This document shows positions 1-12,894 of a DNA stretch of 64,000 nucleotides, piece by piece (within the stretch, counting starts at the first letter, position 1; each line of letters begins with the position of its first letter). Source of the stretch: Podarcis melisellensis (lineage: Eukaryota); the NCBI GenBank assembly GCA_964234715.1, contig OZ174276.1. One strand, written 5' to 3'. The translations under genes were made by a program, and so were the position numbers. Under the pieces are notes generated by a model, which saw nothing but the letters and a program-made list of their open reading frames with translations, was not told where the DNA came from and made no database searches.

Positions 1-232
1 TGGAAGTTGAACGGAATCCATTCCAAAAGTCCATTCGACTTCCAAAACATTTGGAAACCAAAGCGCGGCTTTGGATTACCTGCAGGAAGCTCCTGCAACC
101 AATCAGAAGCTGCGGAAGTCCCGTCGGAAGTTTGGCTCCCAAAAATAGTTCACAAAGTGGAACAGTCACTTCTGCATCATTCGGAAGCCAAACATTCCAG
201 AACTAGACTGTTCAAAAACCAAGGTACGACTG
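1..232. mobile_element. Tc1/mariner (pogo/Tigger-like) non-autonomous element, right end
   Basis: Ends ...aaccaaggtacgactg followed by TA. A related opposite end is at 945. Confidence 0.65.
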
Positions 233-944
233 TACTCAGTTTGAGAGACAGTACCTCTTTTCTTTGAAGCAAGAGAAAGACCTGGGGAAAGACTGGCATG
301 AAACATTTCTAGAAATCCTTTCTGGGGACAGTAGAAATTCCTGGTAACCCTCTAAAAGCAGTCATTTAAGCAATTGTTCCTTTGTTGCTTGTAACTGTTG
401 GATTGTTATCAACCTTTATGCTGTAAGGAGAAATGAGCATGTGTGTTTTTTGTTCTGCTCCTCTAAAGAGCAGGGTTTGGTTCACATTCTTGCTGTATCA
501 TCTCTGTCCTTTACCATGTCTTGTAATTATTTGAAACCATCAGTAATATGAACATCTATACTCCACTTTCTGAAAAGCCCGCTTTTATAACCTTTTTCTA
601 GGCAGCCTCTTAGCATAACCCTTTTTCTGATCTTCACCAGCAAAGTACTGTTAACACACTGAGGATGAATAGTTGTTTAGTCAGGTCTCAACTGTCCTCT
701 TTCACTTCTGCTTTCTCTGTTCTTTGCCTCATACCTCAGCTGATTTTTCCCTTCTGAAAGATAACTTCCAACTAACAGTTAACAAGCCCATTCATTATGG
801 ACCAGAACCACCAGGAAATCAGAATCTGTTGTTTCCCAGACCCAATCAAGATGGATTTACCTTATCCTGGCCTTGTCTGTAAAAATTAGAAGCGCTTGTG
901 TCTCCCTCCAGCTCCCTCCCTCAGAACCTGTTACTCAGCAGTTA

Positions 945-1067
945 CAGTCAAACCTTGGTTCCCGAACGCCTCCGATTAGGAACGTTTCCGCTCCCAAACA
1001 CCGAAAACCCAGAAGTAATTGCTCTGGTTTTCGGTCGTTTTTCGGAAGCTGAACAAGCTTCCGGAAC
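945..1067. mobile_element. Truncated Tc1/mariner-type MITE, left end
   Basis: TA followed by cagtcaaaccttggtt, similar to the reverse complement of the TIR ending at 232; CpG-rich body. Confidence 0.55.
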
Positions 1068-3939
1068 AGATTACAACCAACTGAACCTTGAAATATGCCT
1101 GCAACAGAATAGGAGCATGAGACCTCAGACTTGTGGCAGTTACACTCTGACATCAATGGTTCTGACATCACAGAAATCGTTTCCAAAGCACAAACCATGA
1201 ATGGGCATATACATAGCATTTCTGCACACCCTTATATCTTAATAAAGTCACCGTTATAGTTTAAGTTAAGATTTATATGTGTGTATTCTAGCAGCTTTTC
1301 ATCCTACAAGGAATGACTGCTCGGGGACTCGGTTTGAGGTAAAAGGAATTAAGAGCTGGTGGGAAGTATCTAAAGCAGGGGTGGAAAACCTTTTTTGGAC
1401 TGATGGCTACGTTACCCAGTGGAAAGCTGTTGGGGCTGCATTCCAGACATGGGTGGGGCCAACCCCAAATTAGCCTGGGCATGACAGTTCACAGTCACAC
1501 ATCCTTAATTTACACACACACATGCAGACCCTTAACACAGATGCTCTGTCTATTTCTCCACCCTCCGGCCCTGTGCACAGAGAAAGCGACTCCTGTTTCT
1601 CAGTGCACAGAGAGGAAATGCTGCAAGCGGCTCTTGCTGGATAGCAGCTCCTAGCAGCTTCTCTCTGTACACACTTTTCTCCCAGCAAAAAGAGGAATCC
1701 TTTAGAGAACCCCTGGAGCATCTCCTCTCTTTGTTGATGCACAGCTGTTTTCTGAACAGTTGAACAGTGGGAGGGGGAGCTTTTAAACAAGATAGTGCTC
1801 AGTTGTTCAGGAAAGAGCTGAGGTGTAACAAAGAAGGAGTCACTTAGTTGGGCTCCTGTTGTGTTTGCTGAGGGGTGGGACTTCAGGGAGGGGCCTGGGT
1901 GAGCTGGAGCTGACTCATGGGCTAGAGGGTCTCCAGTACTTAACTTAAAGGGACCCACAGCTAGGACCACATAAAATAAATATATTTGTTATGCATGCTC
2001 TGGCCAGTGTCACCATTCAGTGAAGCAAGGAATACTGGATCAGCTACAGCATCTCTGTCCAAGCAGGTAAGTTCAGCTTGGCCTCAACTGGATATATATG
2101 CCACTTTACATCTTGTATAAACACAAGAGACCTGCTGGGTCCGGTCAATGGCCAGACTAGGCTTATTCAAGCAGTGTTTCATTTTAACAAGTAGTTATTA
2201 CTCCTGCTTAAAGAAGAATCTTTCCTTCAGTTCCTTCCTCGCTTTTAACTCCTTTATGAGGATGAACAGTGGATAATTTTTCCTATGGACCAATACAGCT
2301 TATAAAGAATTTTATGGTGCCCTGGATACAAGATGATATGGCACCAAAAGTAATTATTTTTTGCAGTGTCACCAAAGTTTGTTATTACCTGGTTCAGAAC
2401 ACACATTTTTCAGCTCATACTATTCAGCTATATTTCAAATTGAATAGCATTTTTCAACAAATGTTCACTAGCTTGAAATGTAAAACAAACATTTCTGCTT
2501 GTGTGCTTGGTGTTCAGCATACTAAATGCCCAAAGTCACTGCTTTTATAGGTGCATGCACACAAGTTATTTAATATTAAGTTTTTATTTCTTGTAATTGT
2601 GACAAACTTTCAAGTTCTCTTCACTAGGCAAGATGTTGCCCAGAGCAGATGTAGGAACATAGGAAGCTGCCTTATACTGAGCCAAACCATTTGTCCATCT
2701 AACTCAGTGTCATCTACACTGACTGCCAGTGGCTATCCAGGATTTCAGGAAGGGGACATTCCTAAACCAACTTGGTGGTTTACTATTAGGCCTTTGCAAA
2801 GTTCTGAAACCTTTTGGCAGTTCATTAATATTTAATGCAGCTCTAATATCTCTATATCTCAAAGCGTTCATATTTATTTTATTGCTGGGTTGTATTCATC
2901 AAAACAGGGAAAGCTAGGTTGTATTTATCAAATCCTAGGTCATGTGTAGCATCTATTATGAAATCTAACACGCCCTATTGATATTGTCAAATTACGCTTA
3001 ATAATAGTACTGACAAAACAGGACTCTCCTTGTTTTTACCATTTATATTCCTGGAAGGTTTCCCAAAACGCTGGGAGGTACTTCAGGAAGATAACTAGAA
3101 TCCACAGTCTTTGTTGCCACCAACCAAGTACCTGTCACAAAGATAACTCTTTGTACCTTATGAGTACATAAAAGTCAGGGTTCTGCACAACAACTTCAGT
3201 TCCCACAAGATATTGAATGTTGACCTCTCTCTTCTGGGCTGCCTCCCACACCTGCTCAGCATAAATGAGGAACTCATTGAGTTTGTTGCAGCGCCTTCCA
3301 ATTGCCCTGCAAGCTTCGTGCTTGTATAGTACACTTCTTACATGAATAAGATATTCTTGGAGAGCAAAAATGCAAAGTAATGTATGAAGTGACCCTAAAT
3401 TGATACAGGGCAAAGGAGATTTGGAGGCAGAGTAGAGAAAATGTGAATGAGCAAAAGAAAAAGAGAATTTGCGCACAACTGTACAACATATGTTCAATTA
3501 TTACCTCTATTGGCTTCTCATAGGTGCAGGTTCATTGTGCCTCCCTTGAAGTAGCCACTCTGGGCCCAAAACCGGATTTACTTTTTCAGTGAAAATAGTG
3601 AACAATTTTTTGTAGTGGCCCACTGAATCATTACCCTGATCTATGAAAGAATGCTCTGGTGACCAAGTTTAAAACTGCAGTTTCAAAAAGTATATTGGCA
3701 CAGATTGAAAATTAGCCCCAAGAGTAGTATTTGTTGTTTTCCCATTGGTATGAATAATGGTTTATGGAGTACAAGAGGACAGGTCCTGCCTAGAGGGCTT
3801 ACATTCAGCTGGTTCAACACAAGAGAGAGAAATGGAGGCAGGGTTGAAGAAGGAAATAACAATCAGTTTCACTTTCTTAGATTTAAATACAATAGAGTAT
3901 GGTTTCCAGGGGATTGTGCCAATAACTTCACGGGAAAGA

Positions 3940-4250
3940 GCTTTTGAGAAGGGAATTGAAGGAACTGCAGTGGGACCACGCAGGTGATTTGGGAGGCAGT
4001 TCACAGCATAAGAGGCAGGAAGGGTGACAGGATGAAGTCATTAGATGTTACAGGAAACTTGACTCTCTTGGTCAAGGATACATTGGGCAGAGAAGGGGAG
4101 AAAAGTGAGGGTGAAGGCAAGGTAGGGCTTTGAAGCTGAAATGAAGAGGGTGAACAGGAAACCAGTGTAAGAATTTCAGGAGGAATTAATCAGTGAGTTG
4201 AAATGGGTGAAGAATCTTGGCAGCATAGTGCAGGATAACAGTAGCTGTGT
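3940..4250 (-). mobile_element. Ancient L2 LINE fragment
   Basis: Purine-rich degenerate L2 3' ORF signature (gggctttgaag...ggaaaccagtgtaag). Similar remnants at about 17850-18270, 31240-31500, 35230-35560 and 54270-54540. Confidence 0.45.
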
Positions 4251-7200
4251 GAATCAGGCAGGAACGTGTTCCTGGTTGGCAGCTCATTAGCCGGCTTAAA
4301 ACTAGTAATGTGGGCTCCAGAGAGAAAGATGATGCATCTTTGCAATACTTTGAGATTAGTTAATGCTCCTATTTAGTACTTGCTGTTTCCTTTAGCTGTC
4401 ACAATTTTAAAGAAAGTTACTATGAGAATAAAACAAATGGTATGAATGCCCAGTTTACTGAAACAGTCAGTGATATTCATATAGGTTTTGTTTGAAGCTA
4501 GCTTAATGAGGGATGTTGCTAGTGCTTTCTTGAATTTCTGCTTGTTTACTCGTTGGTTTTGTCCTTTTAAAAATGTGCTCTAGGGTCTTCATTCTGAGTG
4601 CCATATTTGCACAAACAAACCTTAATGAGGATGGTGGTTAGAATTCAATATAATCATGTTTGTGAGCATGACAGCTAGAATGAAAAATACGGTGAAGAAC
4701 TATTTAGCATACTGCAGACCTCTTGCCCTCCCCTATCTCCCTCCAACATTATAGAAATCCAGCTTCAACTGCTACTAATTGAATTGGGGGCAGCTTTCAT
4801 TCTGTACTGTTGTTGCACACAAACAGCAATATATGAGTGTTAAATTGTATACCTTCAACAGATTTGCTGTTTCCAAGAGCTAGCTCTTAACTCAGGGATT
4901 GCCAGCATGGTATCTGCAAGTGCCAGTGTACCTACTCTCAAAAATCCACAAGACAAGGCTGCTTGCTCTTCCTACTCAGTTCCTATTTGTACTTAGCCTC
5001 TGCTATATGAAACATGTCCCCATATACATGCCCACATTTCATTGGATATCAGGACTGAAGGCATGCTTCCAACATTCAGCTTCATTGGATGTCCATGAGT
5101 TCTACTGTTATTTTTTATTGTTTTAATGAAAGATTTTCTGGGGTTACAAAAGTACATACATCGTCTCTGTTTTCAGATCATAAAGTCCTTTCTATGGATC
5201 AGTTATATTTGATGTGAGACTTTAATGCTGTATACAGTATAAGGTTGGGGGAGAAGAGAGGTAGAGGGAGAGAAGGGGGTAGTAAACTTTCATTCTTTTA
5301 CATAGTATATGTGCAAGGTGTCATCATCACCGTAGGTAGGTTCTCTTTCTATTCATTTATTAGTTTTCATTGGTGTTGAGAGAAGTTGGGGGCCCAGGGC
5401 TTGGTTGGTTGCCTTCAATTGACTGCAGTGAGTTTTGTTTGCATGGGGGTGGGGGCTGTTGCATCAAGTTAGCCAAATTGATTCATATGCTGTCGGAGGG
5501 TTCTTGTTGAGGTCTACTGTTATGAAACAGGAAGAAAAGGCTTTTTATCTAACTATTTTTTCCAAGCCATGCATAAGAGAAGATAGGCAAAGAGCTTTTT
5601 TCTATGAATAATGCGTCAGTGTCTGTTGACACATATTTGGGGCAGAGGAGAGGCAAGTTAAGTTGTGTAGCTTAAAACCATTGTGCTAGCATAACTGTTA
5701 TGTTGAATACTGCCCTATATTTCCTGTAATATGTTGACGTTTGTTCTTAAATTCTCCTGAGAGTAGTTAATGTTCATTTGAATACGTAAAATTTGGCAGT
5801 TTTTTGTGGTCTTGTGTAGCCACACACAAGATATACACTTGTGTTGGAGTAACAACTTAGAAATGTCTGGATCTAAAATGGCACAAGATTCAAGCTGCTC
5901 CCCTTTAGGGAGAAGCCCCCAAAGTAGATGTCTGTATCGAGAGCTGTGTTAGAAACAGAGATATGAAAGCTAGGAGCTAATGGCACCTTAAACCTAGGTT
6001 GTGGGCACCACAGTGGAGTGTCTTGGCGCGCTTTCTTTATAACAAGAATACTAAGCTGAAAATCAGTGAATCGCAGCTAGTATCTTATGTTCATTTTTCA
6101 CTTGGTCTAGTCCTCGTCTGAAGACTGCAAAAAACCCCAAAGCCATACTTCCCCTGCCCGCCCGCCCTAATATTCTTATAAGGGTCCCTTCTCGAGGCTT
6201 AAGAGAGTGGCTGGAAGTGGGGAGGCAGAAAAGGGTCCTCCTTTTCTTCCAGCCGTGGCAGTTTTAATCTGAAATCTTTGGCTCAGTACTGCACCCAGAG
6301 CTCAGAAACTGCTTGCCTTAATGAAATTCCCCGTCACAAAACGCACTTAGAACAATGGGAGTTTCAAACGTTGCTCAAGAGGCAGATGAATGTCTTCCTG
6401 CTCAGTTCTCTTTTGATTGCTGCCAAAGCAGGAACATCAAAGAATGTTCTCGGCCATAGCTATGAAGAAAGTAAAGTTCTTTTTAATGGCTTTGTCATTC
6501 AGACAAGAAGCAGGCAAAATGTGAAGTGTACCACCCTCAGTTTGTGATTGATGCTCCCCAGTATTCAAGGATTATTTTTAAACATCATTGCAACTTCCAC
6601 AACATCTCTTATCTGCTCAGCCCATTTAAAATGTGTTTCAGAATTGAATTAGAAGCAAGAAGGAGGCACACATTATCTTAGTAGGGGTTTTTTAAATGGA
6701 ACATTGCTCACAAAGCTGGGGGGGGGTTGGCTCTCCACTTTGAGTGCTGCTCCTTGCTCCTCACTGGTAAGAACTATCCAGTATTTCCTTCCTATCCTGT
6801 CACTGACTGGTTTTTACAGCTGGTCACTTTAGCTCTTGTGCCTTCAAGCAAAGTCTTAATAATGTCTGTCCCTGTTTCTTTAAAACTAAAGTGCCCAGCT
6901 TCCACAATTCATCAAATTCTATTGCTGTTTTGCTAAGCAGCTCAGGCAGAAAATTATGTGCATTCTTAGATACTTGCTTTAAAGGGCAATAATATGCTGA
7001 CCTCCAAATGTAAATAGCAAACTGCTTCCATGGAAATTATTGAAATGCCTTTTGAGAAATGTGTATAAGTATGGCAGATAATTTTAGAGAAATGCAAAGC
7101 TGAATAGTGCAATGATACTTTGTTATCATTGTCTTGTATCCAGCTGCAATGCTTTTTGCCCATGAAAGCTGCTCTGCTAATATATTAGAGCTCAGCCCTG

Positions 7201-8484
7201 GTGAATCAGAGAGTGGATATTAATGCAGTAATGTGGTTAGGAGGATTAAAGCATGAGTACGCTTTTCTCTAGTTTATAGATTCTTGTGTATCAACAGCTC
7301 AGATTACTATATGCATCCCTTTTCATATACTCATGCAAAGAATTGTAAGAAATGAAATTAACTGGTTCCAGAAACTGGAATATGCAGATTTGTATAATTT
7401 CCTTACTTGGCTGCCATTATTCTGCCTGTGGTGAAACTGTCCACTCTCTTCCTTGTTCCTCACACAGTGAGTGGAAGGCATGACGCAAACCCTGACCTTG
7501 TGAATGCTGAAACAGGTGTTAGGTTCCTGGCAGGGCCAGAGGATTTTACATATCTGAACACAGAGAGGAGGGGAGGGTACATAGGAAGAGCAGCAGGTCT
7601 ACCCATGGAGACCTTCTCATTGCAGCTATGGTAATATCTGCAGTTGTCCTTCCCCATCAATGCTCTGGTGGCAGAGGAGGCAAAATAGAGATGGCAAAAA
7701 CAATCTGCTGTGTGCCAAGTCCTCCTGTTCCTTCAAACTCCACCCCAAACCCGCCAAGAGCTGCCAGCTGGTGTACTGATTTCCTTTCCATTGTGGCCAA
7801 TGGGAAGCAAAGTCTTTTTTTTAAGCCAACAAAAGACACACCCAAAAAGGAAAAATATTCCCTTCTGCCCTGCCAACAGAAGGCCAGCCAAGGCATTGGG
7901 TTTGACAGTTCTTCTGCCTTCAGTCCTCTCTTCCCCTGCCCACTCTGGATTGCTGTGGACTTTGCCTGTGGGCCATAGGCAACCACAGCACAATTCATTA
8001 GGGTGTGCATTCAATTATTATTATTTGATTATTTCAGTGAAGAAAGAAGAGGGGGGAATGATAAGGCAAGGAGGAGATACAGAAATAAAAACCTAACAAA
8101 ACAAGTGCAACACAAGTAGCCCAAAAAACCAAAACAGATTTTTCCAGTGGAGAAAAAGGCCTGTGCTAAGCTGGACAGGTTTTGGGCAGATCTGGATGGG
8201 TGAGGGCATCCTCTTTGTGTATCACAAAAGTAGCTCCTCACCCCCACAGATATTATCTACACAAAAGGTGGCCAGGAAAGCTTGGATGCAGGCAGGGCCA
8301 TAGGGCAGAGATGCATGTATTCAAAGGAAAAAGACTGGAATGGATCTGCAGCTTCTGCCTGCAGAGGAGGGGGTTCTTCCCTTACTGCCACCACTGGAGC
8401 CAGTCACCCCACTGCTGTTTCCAGAGACAGTTGCAGGAAGAAATTGCAGGTTGATTGCAGATCCTTTCCAGCCTTTTTATTCTA

Positions 8485-8729
8485 CAGTGGTACCTCGGGT
8501 TAAGAACTTAATTCATTCTGGAGGTCCGTTCTTAACCTGAAACTGTTCTTAACCTGAAGCACCACTTTAGCTAATGGGGCCTCCCGCTGCTGCTGCCACG
8601 CCACAGCTGCGCAATTTCTGTTCTCATGCTGAAGCAAAGTTCTTAAGCGGAGGTACTATTTCTGGGTTAGCGGAGTCTGTAACCTGAAGCGTATGTAACC
8701 TGATGCATCTGTAACCTGAGGTACCACTG
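8485..8729. mobile_element. Tc1/mariner MITE family A, copy 1 (orientation A)
   Basis: TA-cagtggtacctc...gaggtaccactg-TA; five similar copies in the window. Confidence 0.9.
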
Positions 8730-9484
8730 TACTTATATCTCTCTCCCTTTGCTTCCCTTGTTCCCCATTTTTTAAAAACATCAGGGTATACCCGGGCACA
8801 CCTAGCACACCTCCTGCACTTGCCTGTGCTATGGACATTCATGGAATAGGAAATGTTGGCTTGTTAGACGTTAATTAGAATTAGAAATGTGAACATTTCA
8901 AGGTTTTAATGCATATGGGAAGCCATCTAGATATTTATCTGCTTGTTTTTAATCTGTCTTTACATGCTTTTACTATTGTACATAGCTATTTGCCTTTTTA
9001 GCTCTCCTTTGAACATTCTTTTAATGGCATAAAATCTTACATGACTCAAGAAGAAAACATAAATATCCCAAACTACCATTTTCTATTCATAGCCTAAGAT
9101 AAAATTGTAGCATAAGCCCAAATTTTTCTTGCATCCTTTATACAGAAAAACATAGGTAAGAAAGTGAAATGTGTTTTAATTCCTTTATATTTATCACTCA
9201 TAACTTGTTGGGTTGGTAAGTTACATCTACTCTGTATTTCATTTTTGAGCTTTTTTTTATTTAAAAAAATAAATATTCACAAGGAGGAAAAAGCACTCAC
9301 TGGTATAGCTTCTCAGTAATAATACTTAAACCTCTGGAGCTGGGAGAAGAAGGTGGTCATTACACGCTGTTCAGGAGTTTAAGCGTAAACAGTACTAGAA
9401 TCAAAGAACATCTCAAGGAGTATAATGTTGATTTTATTTAAAACTTTGTCACTTAACCCTGTTTCTTTTTCATCTCTTCTGAAG

Positions 9485-9882
9485 GTGCTCTTACCGAGTG
9501 CTATGACGAACTGGGAAACCGATACCAGCTTCCTGTCTACTGCCTGGCCCCGCCCATCAACATGATAGAAGAGAAGGGTGATTTGGAGACTCTGGATATT
9601 CCCGATCCACCACCTAACTCGGGTCATGAATGTCAGCTTCGTTTACGCCTCTCAACAGGCAAAGACCTCAAACTTGTGGTCCGCAGTATGGACACTGTCT
9701 ATCACATGAAGAGAAGACTGCACACAGCAGAGGGTGTGGAGCCTAGCAGCCAGCGGTGGTTTTTTTCAGGCAGGCCCCTGGCAGACAAAATGAAACTGGA
9801 GGAGTTGAAAATACCAAGGGACTATGTGGTGCAAGTCATTGTGAGCCAGCCCTTAACAAACCCCACCCCGGTGGAGAACTGA
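9485..9882 (+). CDS. UBTD2: Ubiquitin domain-containing protein 2, last coding exon (upstream exons lie outside the window)
   Basis: Pyrimidine tract and AG acceptor (tttcatctcttctgaag|GTGCTC) precede (G)[30 protein letters not shown]...[15 protein letters not shown]...[10 protein letters not shown]...[17 protein letters not shown]. This matches the recalled UBTD2 C-terminal ubiquitin-like domain. TGA at 9880-9882. Confidence 0.96.
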
Positions 9883-11096
9883 CTTTGCCTGTATGTTTCT
9901 CTTTTCCTTTTCTGCTCTTCTTACCATGTGGGAACTTTTTCACTATTTTTGTTCTCTCCGACTAGTGGGTTGGTTCTAAACAATGACCAGCAGAAATTCC
10001 ATCTGTGATGGAGCTTTAGGGGGGGAACACACACACATGAAGCACACACACGTTCCTAAACTGCCCCTGGAGACTTTGCCCAATTTAGGAATTCTTGACA
10101 CCACAGTAAGACGTTCTTAACAAAGTAAACCTGGAACATGTGTGTGAAAGAGATCCTGAAGTTTACAGAGGATGATGCTTAAAAAGTGGTTTGAACTATA
10201 AGTGAAGTACTGATCCATAAAAGGGAAAGGCACTTTTAAAAGGATTAAACCAAACTGAAGTATTTTGTGAAATCAGCATCACTTACAGTTCAGCCAATCA
10301 GTGTAGCTGCTCTGGTAAATCTAGTATGCTGTGATAATTGTAGGGATTGTGTCTATTATAGTTTCACATTAGCTCAACAAGGCTAATATTTAAATGGGAT
10401 GGTGAAGGATTCTGGGACAGACTATCAGGTGCAATCTGATTAGTATGGATGATCCCAAATTAAAGTTTTTTGGTATATACTGAAATAGCAAGCAATAGTG
10501 ATTTGCCATTGCTGGCTTCAGTATGTGCTAAATATTGCTCTCTGAAAAATTAGGCTATTGTTTAGCAAATAAATAATGTTACATGGAATTGCAGTTACCG
10601 TATACTTCTGTATCTAGTTAAAAAGCTTATTATTTGAGGTTCACCAGCCTGAGAAACAAAAACAAAAGAAGGCACAGGACTTATTTCACTTAGTATGTTA
10701 GCCGATAATGTTTAGGCCCAATATAGTGATTTTAAACCCCCTTTATTCACAGCAATAGCTATTAACATACTACAGAAGAAAAGCACAGGAATCCCTGTCA
10801 TATACTTCTGTAAGGTAAGGGTGTGCAACTTGCTTGACAGTATCATATATCTCCCCACTGATCTTTATGTTGCTTGGCATAACTGGGACTCAGATGCATC
10901 ATCTTATTTTGCTAAGTGATCACACACACACTTGACCCTTGGGGGAAGAGATGGGAATAATGATTGAAAATTAGGAAGATATTGTAGATTGTTAAATCAT
11001 CTGATCTTTCCTTTACACCATTAGATCTTTCAATATTTTGGGGGGAGTTGTATGTTTCAAGAATATTTGTATTACTATTCCACAAATCCTTATATC

Positions 11097-11235
11097 AGGG
11101 GTGGCTTACCAGTGGGCCTCCAGAAATTGTAGGATCCCAGTCCCAATCAGCCCCAGTCAACATGGCCAACGATCAGGCATGATGGGGGTTGGAGTCCAGC
11201 AGCATCTGGAGGGCCACAGCTTAGTTGCTCCTGAC
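11097..11235. mobile_element. Degraded palindromic MITE in the UBTD2 3' region
   Basis: cagggg...gggcctccaga...catgatgggggttggagtccagcagcatctggagggcc...cctg, similar to 21259-21395. Confidence 0.6.
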
Positions 11236-12888
11236 CTAAATACTTTTGTATCTTGCTGGTGATGGGTAGCTTACAGAAAGAAGTGGATTGAGTTGGTTTG
11301 TGAAAAGCAGTGTGCATATTTCAAGCATTCTTTATCTTCCCTGCCATGGCTTCAGTTACACTTATTCACACAGTCATGCATATGACAGTATATATATGCA
11401 GTGCATGTATGTCAGATTGATGGGCCACTTTTTCTACTTGGCAGATTTATCTGAAACATCACAGTAACCTTAGCAATATCACACAGCATTTTCCCTTCAG
11501 AATGTGAAAGCAAGCCATTCTTTAGAGTAGGAGGTATATCCTTTTAAGAGGGCTTCAGGCAAGATTGATAGCAGTCCAGTAAAATTCTGTTGAGTAATAC
11601 TGAACAAATCAGTCCTAGCAATGTGCATCATTTGAAAAGAAGTATACATAACTCTTTTGTTTAGATTCTCTGTGCTTTTTGTTGTTCCTGACCTGGTTCA
11701 CACATGACACGAAGCCAAACCATGGGCTTGTCGGAAAAAGAGCAAACGTGGGTTCCCAGAGAAAAGATTGGGGCTGCTTTTCTCCTCCTCCCCTTGGTTA
11801 CAGCTTGCGGTTTGTCTGGAGCAAGAGAAACCATGAACTTGGGTTCAGACAGAATGCTCAAGCCATAGCTTAGCTCACAGCAGTGTAGCAGCAGGACTGG
11901 AAGGGGAGCAAAGTGACAGTGATTTTCTCTGGGGAAGCCTGCTTGTTTGCACTAAGCTATGGTGCAGCTTAATATTACATGTATACTTGATCATTAGTTC
12001 TGTTCTTTTGGTGTGGTCATTTTCCTGTTAGCACCACTATTATTAATCATTTTTCAAACAGAACTCATTAATATTCTTCTTGCTAAGCACTGAATCTACT
12101 TTACAGTTATTTTTATCTGTGAAAAGGCATGTTTTTGGTCCACTGATGGAAGAATCTAGGGTGGACCTCTTCGTCTCTGCAGTGAGGAGAGCTACAATAC
12201 TTAAGTGTCCTATAACTAACCTAGCCTTACTCGGGTTATCTTGCTGTGATAACTAGAAACTAGAACAATGAAACATAAAAAATTAAAATTATACGCATTT
12301 TCAGTGTAGGGTAGGTTGCAAAGTTTCTCAAAGGAGGTTTCTCTTTTTGGAAATCAGTTCAGACTTGGAACCACTTGCCATATGAATGTATCATTGTGTG
12401 TCACAACCACAGCATTCTTCTGGGCACAGTCGAATACTGCAGGGTCTTTCAATGTAGTTTTGGCCAGATGGCAGCAGCATACAGCAAAAGGGTATCTGTC
12501 TTCTAGAGATTTGTTAAGTTCCCCCACTTTCTCAGATACCATGTTCACTTGTGCTAATATTAGGAGCAAACACTTATATTTTAGAAGTTCAGAAGGATGC
12601 AGATCCTTCATTTGTCACAAAGGGTGCATGCTAAACAATTGACTAAAAAGCTAAAATATTTAAGGCAAAATCTAATGTCATTGTGACTCTTTTTGAAGTC
12701 ATTCCACATGTACTGAAGTGAAAAGGAATGCTAGACTGCTACATAAAAACTCTAAATGCTGATTTTTGGAGAGGCATCCCAGGTGTTGATCCATTTAGTT
12801 GGTACCAGTTAGTTTCTTTGTAATTTCCAAGTAATAAACTTATTTGGTGCACACCACAGCCATTACATATCAGAAGTATACCTTGCAA

Positions 12889-12894
12889 AATAAA
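12889..12894 (+). terminator. Candidate UBTD2 polyadenylation signal (others at 10568 and 12833)
   Basis: AATAAA followed by GT/T-rich sequence, about 3 kb after the stop codon. Confidence 0.4.

Noticed and set aside
1-9484. UBTD2 upstream coding exon (DEFWDTAPAFEGRKEIW)
   Set aside because: No match in the ORF track or by reading; the region appears intronic.
12354-12611. 85-aa minus-strand ORF with protein-like composition
   Set aside because: No recognisable motif or splice support, and its length is compatible with chance.
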